Source: Actinomycetota bacterium
Lineage (GTDB): Bacteria > Actinomycetota > AC-67
Reading direction: 5' to 3'
DNA: 64,000 bases
Assembly: GCA_036397035.1 (NCBI GenBank)
Contig: DASWJS010000015.1
Coordinates: 2,105 to 66,104 of the forward strand
Part shown: positions 20,321 to 27,719 of the stretch, in pieces
How the letters are laid out: each line of letters starts with the position of its first letter
How positions within the stretch are numbered: the first letter of the stretch is position 1
Position numbers and translations under genes: made by a program
Notes under the pieces: model-generated
Seen by the model: only the letters and a program-made list of their open reading frames with translations
Database searches by the model: none
Told to the model about the DNA's origin: nothing

Positions 20321-21160
20321 GGTTCCTTAATAGAACCCTTCGACGGATGCTGTCGAAGGGTTCTTTGTATTCAACGCTGACGACCTGCCGGCCCTTGACG
20401 TAGACGGCCTTGAAGATCGCCTGGTTCCACTTCCTGCGGTCCTGCTCGTCCGCTCGCTTGTACGAGCGGTGGCAGTTGGCGATGAGCTCCAGGCACTTGT
20501 TGATGAGGTCGCGGGCCGCTTCGAGCTTGATCCCTGCGAGCGCGAGCTGGCTCTCGGCTTGGCTGACTTCGCTGTCGATGCGCTCCTGCTCTTGCTTGAA
20601 CATCTCCAACGGGAGGGCATCGGCGTAGTAGGCCTTGAGGAGCCGGTCGCGTTCGTTGGCGAGTTTGGCGAGGCGGCAACTTGCGAGCTGTGTGGCTCGC
20701 GTGCGGTCTCGCTCGCGCGTGGCGGCTTCCTGTTTGAGGTCCCGCTCGATATCGTCGCGTACCTCTTGGGGCAGTCGGATCTGTCGGTAAAGCTCCTCGA
20801 TCTGCCGCTCGATGGGGCCTGCCGGCGCGTATAGCTCTCGGCATTCGGTCCTTCGCTGATGTGACCCCAGGCAGAAGAAGTACTCGAAACGCCCTTGCTT
20901 CTTGATGAGACTCGACATCCGGGCGCCGCAGTTTCCGCAGAACAGGGTTCCGCGCAGGTAGTGCCCGCGCTGGCGTCTGCGATCCCCAGCTAGGTCGTGC
21001 GCTCGGAACACCTCTTGAACCTTGTCGAAGAGTTCGCGGCTCACGATCGGCTCATGCCGTCCTTCGTACTCGACGCCTTTGAAGACGACCTTTCCGATGT
21101 AGGCCTTGTTCTTGAGCAGCTCGGCGAACTTTGAGCGCGACAGCGGCTTGCCCGCTCGGT
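20307..21160 (-). pseudogene. Large serine recombinase, C-terminal half only (recombinase, Zn-ribbon and coiled-coil domains)
   Basis: LLKNKAYIG, GRHEPIVSRELFDKVQ, LRGTLFCGNCGARM, YFFC; no N-terminal catalytic resolvase domain; the ORF ends within the antisense of the tRNA 3' end. Confidence 0.85.
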
Positions 21161-21395
21161 TCGGTACCAACCAAACGTCGGCATGAGTAAGCTGGAGAAG
21201 ATCAACACCGAGAAGCTTGGCGAGCTCATCCCACGGGTTACATCCGTCTTCGAGGAAGCGTGCCGCTTCATCGAGGGACACTCCCAGCCCTTGCCCACCC
21301 TGGGTGTCAGCCCGACGCTCGCCGGGCTGGAAGACCATTGGAAGGAACTTCAAGAATGCAAGCGGATCAACGACGGTAAGGAGCCGACAACCTGA
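21159..21395 (+). pseudogene. 3'-terminal fragment of a larger protein, probably an SMC-like/AAA ATPase
   Basis: VRYQPNVGMSKLEKIN...FEEACRFIEGHSQPL.TL...PTL resembles C-termini I recall from island AAA ATPases; family call unverified. Confidence 0.4.
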
Positions 21396-21455
21396 CTCTG
21401 GGTAAGCGAGAAGCAGCGTGAAGCCAACTTTCGATCGCCTGTGATGCCAGTCTGG

Positions 21456-22094
21456 TTACTGATAGTCCGCAACGGAAGCGTCGTCGTCAGCCCTCATCCA
21501 GTCACCTACGCGGGCGCGACTTGGTAGGCGGGACTCACCCACCGGTTCGCCTCGGCGGTAGGCGTTCAGGTCATCCACCACGACTTTGAACGCGTCGACA
21601 AGCCGGGGGATCGCTGGGCCGCTGAGTGGCTTCGGCTGCCCAAAGCGGTCCTTGTCCGTTTCCTTCTGAAGCTCGTACACCTCGGCAAGGGCAGCGTTCA
21701 CGATATCGACGCGTTCTCGCAAGCTGGGTTCCGCAACTACATCCCGATTGATCGCGATCGCGGACTGGAGGGCGAGATAGAGTTCGCGGTAGTCCCAGTT
21801 GCTTCTCTCGATGAGGCGCTGAGCCGACACGAGGGCTTCGACGAGACGACCCGCTGCTTCCCTGGACAGGCTTCGCTCTCTGAACCGCCGCTCCTTGTCC
21901 ATCTCGTCAGCCATCCGTTTGGTCTGCCCGGCGTAATGTCGAGTGACCAAGACGAGGGCTAGCGTTACAAGAAAGGCTGCGATAGAAGCAGCCGCTTGGA
22001 TCCAGTCTGGGACGCCCGACGTGATCTCGACGACGACGTTCGCCGGGCTGGGGGTTACTCCGGCAGTCGGCGTCGGGCTTGGAGTCATCATCAT
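21456..22094 (-). CDS. Hypothetical protein with N-terminal TM helix
   Basis: 212-aa ORF, single hydrophobic segment WIQAAASIAAFLVTLALVLVT. Confidence 0.65.
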   Translation of the reverse strand: MMMTPSPTPTAGVTPSPANVVVEITSGVPDWIQAAASIAAFLVTLALVLVTRHYAGQTKRMADEMDKERRFRERSLSREAAGRLVEALVSAQRLIERSNWDYRELYLALQSAIAINRDVVAEPSLRERVDIVNAALAEVYELQKETDKDRFGQPKPLSGPAIPRLVDAFKVVVDDLNAYRRGEPVGESRLPSRARVGDWMRADDDASVADYQ

Positions 22095-22153
22095 GCGCGG
22101 ATTGTAGAGGCACTACACCGAGCTTGAGGCCCCCGGTCTCGGGCATCGGCTCT

Positions 22154-22182
22154 TTGACCCTGCCCACTTGGAGGGCTACCGT
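22154..22182 (+). promoter_or_regulatory. Sigma-A-type promoter of the island cargo run
   Basis: TTGACC-N17-TACCGT, 10 nt before ATG 22193. Confidence 0.6.
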
Positions 22183-22192
22183 TCTGTCGGAC

Positions 22193-22990
22193 ATGGGATG
22201 GCTGGCTAAGACTCGATCTCGAGTCGTTCGCTGGGTGCGAAGGACGATCGACTCCGGCAGGCGTTTCGGTTTCCATGTGCTCGATGGGCCGACATGGATG
22301 TCTGCGCTGGCCACCTTCATCGTCTTCCAGGCTTGGCGACGTCAGGATGCGATCCAGCTCTGGACCCTCGCCGGTCTTGCGTTCATCGGTTTGAGGGTGT
22401 GGGACAGACGACTGAGGGCCGGCGAAGAGAAGCCGGCCCGAATCACAGAACTTGAGAACACCCTCCGCACCCTGCTGTTCCCTGTCCGACTGTTGGTGAA
22501 GCTCACGGGCATCCTGATCGGTATCGCGATGGCAGGGGCCGCATGGATCGCCTTCTTGGGGGGCGCAGCCTGGATCGTGGAGCAAGGACAGCACCAGGAT
22601 TCAGGGCTGCTCAAGGCTCTCGGCTGGACGCTCTTCGGCATCGGCGTCCTTCCCGTCATAGGCCTTGTGTTAGCCGGGTGGATAAGCGACTGGGAAACTG
22701 GCGATGGTGGCTACTCGTCTCGGAGACCCGAACCCGAACCCGAGCTCTCATGGTGGCCGAAACGCGAGGATGGGTCGGAGGACGCCACACGGCCTCCCAG
22801 GAGAAGTGGTAGACCCGATCACGTGAGCAAATCCCAAACGTCTGCGTATCCCCTCGGCTTCGGTCCGATGCTCTACAAGACTGAGATAGAAGAAGATGGG
22901 GCCACGTATACAGGCCATGGATGGACAAGGAAGGAAGCGAACCAAGAGGCGAGCGGGAAGTATGGGCGCGGACAGAGAGATAGGCGATGA
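22193..22990 (+). CDS. Hypothetical multi-pass membrane protein with soluble C-terminal tail
   Basis: About 4 hydrophobic segments; ATGA overlap with the next gene; start moved to ATG 22193. Confidence 0.6.
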   Translation: MGWLAKTRSRVVRWVRRTIDSGRRFGFHVLDGPTWMSALATFIVFQAWRRQDAIQLWTLAGLAFIGLRVWDRRLRAGEEKPARITELENTLRTLLFPVRLLVKLTGILIGIAMAGAAWIAFLGGAAWIVEQGQHQDSGLLKALGWTLFGIGVLPVIGLVLAGWISDWETGDGGYSSRRPEPEPELSWWPKREDGSEDATRPPRRSGRPDHVSKSQTSAYPLGFGPMLYKTEIEEDGATYTGHGWTRKEANQEASGKYGRGQRDRR

Positions 22991-23244
22991 GCAGCCGGAG
23001 TATTCAGGTACCTCAGCACACACCTGGAGAAGCCACCAAGGGAAGGCGCCTCGCAATCTGCTTGATCCAGAGTTATCAACGACGCCTCGCGCCCAGGCTG
23101 CCTACAACGTGCGTGTACGAGCCGACGTGCTCGCAGTACATGGTCCTTTCCATTGAGAAGCACGGAGCGTTGAGGGGGCTGTGGTCAGGGGTGCGCAGGA
23201 TCGCACGCTGTCGCCCCGGTCGTGGTGGATACGACTATCCGTGA
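22987..23244 (+). CDS. YidD-like (membrane protein insertion efficiency factor / haemolytic domain) protein
   Basis: LIQSYQRRLAP...CVYEPTCSQY...IEKHG...G...IARCRP..GG.D with three conserved Cys. Confidence 0.88.
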   Translation: MSSRSIQVPQHTPGEATKGRRLAICLIQSYQRRLAPRLPTTCVYEPTCSQYMVLSIEKHGALRGLWSGVRRIARCRPGRGGYDYP

Positions 23245-23253
23245 GGGGGAGTT

Positions 23254-23436
23254 ATGGCCTACCAGTTGCTACCTGTAGCGAGCGAGTTTCGCCCCAAGGA
23301 CTTGGAGCGCCTCGCTGCTCAGCTCGATCAACTTCAAAGCGAAGGCTGGGAGCTCGTCTTCGTGTTCCCAGTGACGACCAAGACCTGCCTGTTCTTCACG
23401 AATCAAACCAATCTCATGGTCCTCCGAAGGGACTGA
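23254..23436 (+). CDS. DUF4177-like small protein
   Basis: LERLAAQLDQLQSEGWELV pattern; strong GAGGGGAG RBS. Confidence 0.6.
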   Translation: MAYQLLPVASEFRPKDLERLAAQLDQLQSEGWELVFVFPVTTKTCLFFTNQTNLMVLRRD

Positions 23437-23443
23437 CACCGCG

Positions 23444-24214
23444 TTGGATCGGGTCCGGGAACTCCGCTATGGCTTGCGATGGCTGGAGTCTCGTCACTCC
23501 GTGACCATCGCAGAAGATGCCCCCGCACTGGAGGGCAAGCTCGGGGACTTCAACGTGCGCTTAGAGGGGACAACGCTCTCAGCCACGCCTCTCGTGGACT
23601 TTTCGAGTGAAGAGACCGCTCGCGCGGCGATGGAGCCGTTGCTAGCGGACTGGGAGGTGGAGTGGGATCTCCGTCACGGGCTTGGGATGGCATTCTCCTT
23701 CGAGAGCTGTTCGTTGGAACCGGTGGGCGGTTCTGGTGGGAAGAACTTTAAGGTCCACGTCGCAGGTACGGTGAACGTTTCAGCATCCATGTCGGTTTCG
23801 AGGAGCGACTTTCCTCCCCTTCCCTCGGCGCTCAAGAGCACGCCTCTCATCCGCGAGCTTCGTGCAAGGCTGCACGATGTTAGAGACGAGCGTGAGCGCC
23901 TTCTCGTTGGCGCTCAGTGGATCCTGACCAGGCTCGAAGGACACTATGGAGGGCGTGCAGCAGCGGCTAAAGCGTTGTCCGTGTCAGGCAAGGCGCTTGA
24001 TGAGCTGGGGCGGCAGTGCGACCGCAACGATCCGGAGATTGGCCGGAAGGCCCGCAGGCCACCAGACCCGCTTTCCCCTGAGGAGAAGGGCTGGGTGCTC
24101 TATGCGGTGATAGCTCTGGTGATTCGTGCGGCTGAAGTGGAGGCAGGGCTGCAGCAACTTGGTACGTTGACCAAAGACACGCTGCACCTGTACACGGGAA
24201 CGAGAGCGCCATGA
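23444..24214 (+). CDS. Hypothetical protein (island-associated)
   Basis: 256-aa ORF, ATGA overlap with the next gene. Confidence 0.6.
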   Translation: MDRVRELRYGLRWLESRHSVTIAEDAPALEGKLGDFNVRLEGTTLSATPLVDFSSEETARAAMEPLLADWEVEWDLRHGLGMAFSFESCSLEPVGGSGGKNFKVHVAGTVNVSASMSVSRSDFPPLPSALKSTPLIRELRARLHDVRDERERLLVGAQWILTRLEGHYGGRAAAAKALSVSGKALDELGRQCDRNDPEIGRKARRPPDPLSPEEKGWVLYAVIALVIRAAEVEAGLQQLGTLTKDTLHLYTGTRAP

Positions 24215-24618
24215 GCCAGATGCACTGTACCGATTGCGAGGCCACGATTGACGTCGCACACGCGGGCGATCCTTGTCCCACCTGTGGGAGCATCGACCGG
24301 TCCATCCTCGGATCCGACTCCGGTCGTGGCCGGGAGTTCGCGATCTCCAAGCAGGGAACGCCGCCCCTCGGAGAACCGCTTACGAACAAGTGGGTAAGGC
24401 GCGAGGTCCGAGCTGGCGAACCCGGACAGCGCGACGGCACCCGGCGTGAGCTATACAGGGAGATTGATCGAGACCGAGACCTCTACCGCGAGAGGGTCGT
24501 GAATCTGGAGTCGGGGGAGGTTGAGCGCGACGTGGAAGAGCCGCTGACCGAGCACCGCCAGAGAGAACGCCAATCTCGCTCCAAGGGAGGCAGCGCAACC
24601 GGTAGCAATGGAGAATAG
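24211..24618 (+). CDS. Zinc-ribbon hypothetical protein
   Basis: CTDC...CPTC; C-terminal IDRDRDLYRERVVNLESGEVERDVEEPLTEH. Confidence 0.65.
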   Translation: MSQMHCTDCEATIDVAHAGDPCPTCGSIDRSILGSDSGRGREFAISKQGTPPLGEPLTNKWVRREVRAGEPGQRDGTRRELYREIDRDRDLYRERVVNLESGEVERDVEEPLTEHRQRERQSRSKGGSATGSNGE

Positions 24619-24663
24619 CCCGGCAATCGTCAGTTAAGCCGGCCAACCCCGACGTCATCAATC

Positions 24664-25716
24664 TTGAGTTTAGACGATTCGCTTGCTTCGTGGGACGAGG
24701 TTGCCCCACAGTTTCACCACGCTCTCCTTGTCGGGAACGGAGCGAGTATTGCTGTTTCTGCGTCGTTCGCATATCCCTCACTGCTCGAGATCGCGAGCAG
24801 TTCGCTTGTAGCCAATCGGCTGTCGCCTGACGAGCGAGCGGTCTTCGAATCGACGAACGACACCAACTTCGAACGTGTACTTGGCGAGCTCGCTACGGCG
24901 GCTGTGCTAGCGGAACAGGTTGGACTGGATGCAACTCCTCTCCGTGAACGTTATGCTCGCATCAGGCGAGCGCTGATTGAGGCCGTCCATGCAGTCCATC
25001 CTCGGCATGGCGACTTGCCAGAGGAGCGTTTCGAACGCGTCCAGGAATCGCTTCTCCACTTCAGTGAAGTGTTCACTACGAATTACGACCTGCAACTTTA
25101 TTGGGCGATCACAAGCACGAAGCGTATGGACGACTTCCGTGACTTCTTCTGGAATCCTGGGCTGGCGTTCGATCTAACGAATACGTGGACTCCGGAGGAC
25201 AAAGTCCGCGTGTTCTATCTCCATGGCGCGCTCCACCTCTTTCACCTGCCGAATGGAACGACCGTCAAGGCCACAGGGGGCGACGACAACCCGTGGAGTC
25301 CCTACGTGCCGTTGCTTGATCTCACCTTTGAATACAAGGAGGCCCGCTACCCTCTCTTTGTCAGTGAGGGCTCCACGGAGCAGAAGATGGCGGCCATCAC
25401 TTCCAACGCCTATCTCGGGTTCGCATACGAGACGTGGAACCGGATGTGCTGGGACTGGTCCAGCACACTTGTCATCTTCGGACACGGATGCGGCGCGCAA
25501 GACGAACACATATGCGCACCGATCAAGGCACGAGTTGCGAAGTCTCAGGAGAGGGATCTCTCGGTGCCGAAGATTGCCGTTTCGATTGCTCCCCGCGACA
25601 GTGACCATGTCATTGCTCGGAAGCTCCATTATCGCGAGAAGTTTCACGAAGATATCGTCTTTTTCGATGCGAGGACGCACCCGCTTGGGCAACCCACCGA
25701 CCCACCATCACCATGA
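24664..25716 (+). CDS. DUF4917-family, SIR2-like domain protein
   Basis: LLVGNGAS, NFERVL, FTTNYDLQLYW, FYLHGALHLF, PLFVSEG. Confidence 0.75.
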   Translation: MSLDDSLASWDEVAPQFHHALLVGNGASIAVSASFAYPSLLEIASSSLVANRLSPDERAVFESTNDTNFERVLGELATAAVLAEQVGLDATPLRERYARIRRALIEAVHAVHPRHGDLPEERFERVQESLLHFSEVFTTNYDLQLYWAITSTKRMDDFRDFFWNPGLAFDLTNTWTPEDKVRVFYLHGALHLFHLPNGTTVKATGGDDNPWSPYVPLLDLTFEYKEARYPLFVSEGSTEQKMAAITSNAYLGFAYETWNRMCWDWSSTLVIFGHGCGAQDEHICAPIKARVAKSQERDLSVPKIAVSIAPRDSDHVIARKLHYREKFHEDIVFFDARTHPLGQPTDPPSP

Positions 25717-25902
25717 TTCCAGGGCCAGGCGCTGCTCCGTTTCCAGGATCGATAAACCTACCTCGTCGTGGGCGGCGTTTGCGCAGGGAGTTCCCGCTAG
25801 CCGGAGAGCATCTTGAGCTGATTTAGCTGAGCTAGGCACTCGACTGCGATCTCCAGCAGTTCAGGAAGCTGTTCTCGCCGCCTGGAAGGAGTTCTACTAC
25901 TG

Positions 25903-25921
25903 TCCCCTCACCTCCACTTGA
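25903..25921 (+). repeat. att site (right copy, tRNA-Ala 3' fragment)
   Basis: TCCCCTCACCTCCACTTGA, preceded by the T-arm-like GGAGTTCTA. Confidence 0.85.
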
Positions 25922-25976
25922 CCCTCCGGTAACCACCGGTAACCGAACCCTTCTGGGACCTGCGCGGTCGACCCCA

Positions 25977-26030
25977 TTGACGCCTCTTCGATCTGGCCCT
26001 AGCATGGTCCTGTAATAAGGCTTGTTACAG
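25977..26030 (+). promoter_or_regulatory. Promoter and palindromic operator of the CopG-PIN TA locus
   Basis: TTGACG-N17-TAGCAT (25977-26005), then CTGTAATAAG-G-CTTGTTACAG inverted repeat (26010-26030). Confidence 0.7.
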
Positions 26031-26042
26031 AAGGGCGGATGG

Positions 26043-26303
26043 ATGCGTCCAAGTCAAACGGTCACGGTTTCTCTTCCGCCCGAGCTCGCTCGTGAGGTTG
26101 ATCGGGTCGCGCGCAAGGAGGGCCGAAGCCGAAGCGAGATGTTCCGGGAGGCTCTACGGCAGTACCTTGCTCGGCGTGACCGCTGGGATCGGATCTTCGC
26201 GGTGGGTGAGCAGGCAGCGCAACGTCTCGGCGTTACCGAGCAGGACGTGACCGCTGCGGTCAAGGCTCGGCGGAAGGCGCGGACCCGCAAGGCTCGCCGC
26301 TAG
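26043..26303 (+). CDS. CopG/RHH antitoxin
   Basis: TVTVSLPPELAREVDRVARKEGRSRSEMFREAL; stop overlaps the toxin start. Confidence 0.88.
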   Translation: MRPSQTVTVSLPPELAREVDRVARKEGRSRSEMFREALRQYLARRDRWDRIFAVGEQAAQRLGVTEQDVTAAVKARRKARTRKARR

Positions 26304-26710
26304 TGCGGGTACTCCTCGACACGAACGTCCTGCTCTCGGCCATCTTGTTCGGCGGGATCCCTCGAAGGCTGCTCGAGGCAGCGATCGACGGCCGGCTGCG
26401 CCTGGTGACAAGCCGGCATCTCATGGAGGAATTCGAGGAGATCCTGGAGGACAGGTTCGACTTCTCGAAGGCGGCCGCCGTCGAGACGAGATCCGAACTC
26501 GAGGTGCTGGCGGAGCTGGTGGAACCGCTCGAGGTCCGGCAGGTATGCAGGGATCCGGATGACGACCACGTCTTGGCGGCAGCCGTAGCGGGCCAAGCCG
26601 AGGCGATCATCACCGGCGACCGTGATCTCCTGGCGTTGGAGTGGCACGAGGAAGTCGAGATCCTGACGCCGGCATCGTTCGATCTCCGGTTGCGGGATCT
26701 CGATAAGTAG
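26303..26710 (+). CDS. PIN-domain toxin (PIN_3-type)
   Basis: VLLDTNVLLSA, CRDPDDDHVL, IITGDRDLL. Confidence 0.9.
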   Translation: MRVLLDTNVLLSAILFGGIPRRLLEAAIDGRLRLVTSRHLMEEFEEILEDRFDFSKAAAVETRSELEVLAELVEPLEVRQVCRDPDDDHVLAAAVAGQAEAIITGDRDLLALEWHEEVEILTPASFDLRLRDLDK

Positions 26711-26805
26711 CCTCAAGGCTCGACCGAAAGCGGCGTCGATGGAGCCAGGGCGCGGTTCGCGCACCGTTCTGTTGAGACCACCACGCTCGCTCCGACCAAC
26801 GGCTG

Positions 26806-27210
26806 CTATTCGGCCGTGCCGAGTTTGGCCGGCCGGATGACCCGCACGTCCTTCATCGGAAAGTCGGTCACGTTGTCGGTCACGAGCACCGCGCCGTGTG
26901 CCCTGGCTGTTCCGGCGATGAGAGCATCAGCCAGATGAACGGTCTTTCCCTTCTTCGCCCAGTCGGACTGATACCGGCCGGCTTTCTCCGCGGCCTCCCT
27001 CGTCGTGGTGAGAAACTCCATCCGATCGAGCAGCGCTTCGGCAGCTCGACGTTCTGACGGCCGCAACCCACGCTCGATCTCGGCGATGTTGACGCAAGAG
27101 ACGCACAGGGAGTCGCCGTGTTGAAGCAGCGCCAGAAGACTGTGCGCGACCGACTCGTCCCCCCGAAGGTGGGCTATCAGAACGGTAGTGTCCAGGAGAT
27201 AGCGGCTCAT
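26806..27210 (-). CDS. vapC: VapC PIN-domain toxin
   Basis: YLLDTTVLI, IAEIERG, ADALIAGTA, LVTDNVTDF; ATG 27210 overlaps the antitoxin stop. Confidence 0.9.
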   Translation of the reverse strand: MSRYLLDTTVLIAHLRGDESVAHSLLALLQHGDSLCVSCVNIAEIERGLRPSERRAAEALLDRMEFLTTTREAAEKAGRYQSDWAKKGKTVHLADALIAGTARAHGAVLVTDNVTDFPMKDVRVIRPAKLGTAE

Positions 27211-27452
27211 CCACTCCGTCCGGATCTGCGCCCCTCCCGAACCCACCTGGCGGCCGTCTGCCGATCCTTCCAATGCGTGTAGCGCTTGCCGCTCGTCAAG
27301 CCTCTGGTCGCATGGAGTGATTCCTCCAGCTCCAAGCGCGAGAGCTTTTCGCGAGCGGCCTCCTCTAGGAATCTGCTGCGGCCCCGTTCGCCGACCTTCT
27401 CGTCGATCGCCGCGAGCAGGTCGTCTGCCATCACCACATGGGTTCTCGCCAC
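27207..27452 (-). CDS. RHH-type antitoxin
   Basis: RTHVVMADDLLAAIDEKVGERGRSRFLEEAAREKL; upstream of VapC. Confidence 0.8.
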   Translation of the reverse strand: MARTHVVMADDLLAAIDEKVGERGRSRFLEEAAREKLSRLELEESLHATRGLTSGKRYTHWKDRQTAARWVREGRRSGRSG

Positions 27453-27475
27453 CGCCGCTCTTCTCCCTCAATAAA

Positions 27476-27520
27476 TCCCACTGGATGTCCCACTCTATCC
27501 ATCGGCGGTCGATCAATCAA
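27476..27520 (-). promoter_or_regulatory. Promoter and repeat operator of the second TA locus
   Basis: Minus strand TTGATT-N17-TAGAGT (27520-27492); TCCCACT direct repeats at 27476-27482 and 27488-27494. Confidence 0.55.
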
Positions 27521-27719
27521 GAGGAGATGGGGAGGAAGCAGAATCCTTCCGGAGTGCAGCGAGGCCGAAGCGGTGAGCGGGGCGCGTTGACCTGCGTCTG
27601 CGCGGGTCTCGGAAGGAGTTGGACCGGCGCCGTCGAACCGAGGGTTCTGGGACCGGGCTCTGCCGGTACCCGACGGGCCCGCGACGGCACGAACCCACGA
27701 CGAGGAAGGCGGCGACGGG

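Larger units (their letters stand above)
20302..25921. mobile_element. tRNA-Ala-integrated genomic island (decayed, serine recombinase type)
   Basis: Direct repeats TCCCCTCAGCTCCACTTGA (20302-20320) and TCCCCTCACCTCCACTTGA (25903-25921); recombinase next to the tRNA; visibly lower GC than the flanks. Confidence 0.85.

Noticed and set aside
21161-21353. TTG start at 21353 giving a 348-aa recombinase
   Set aside because: The first ~64 codons are the antisense of the plus-strand fragment and contain no resolvase catalytic motif, so this is not a true N-terminus
24619-24663. GTTAAGC after the Zn-ribbon gene, suggesting an integron attC
   Set aside because: No complementary RYYYAAC or L boxes, no similar sites between the other cargo genes, and no integron integrase
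25930-25942. TAAC-N5-GTAA fits the outer BldD-box pattern
   Set aside because: The central CWG is missing and the match arises from the CCGGTAACC direct repeat; six fixed bases are expected by chance
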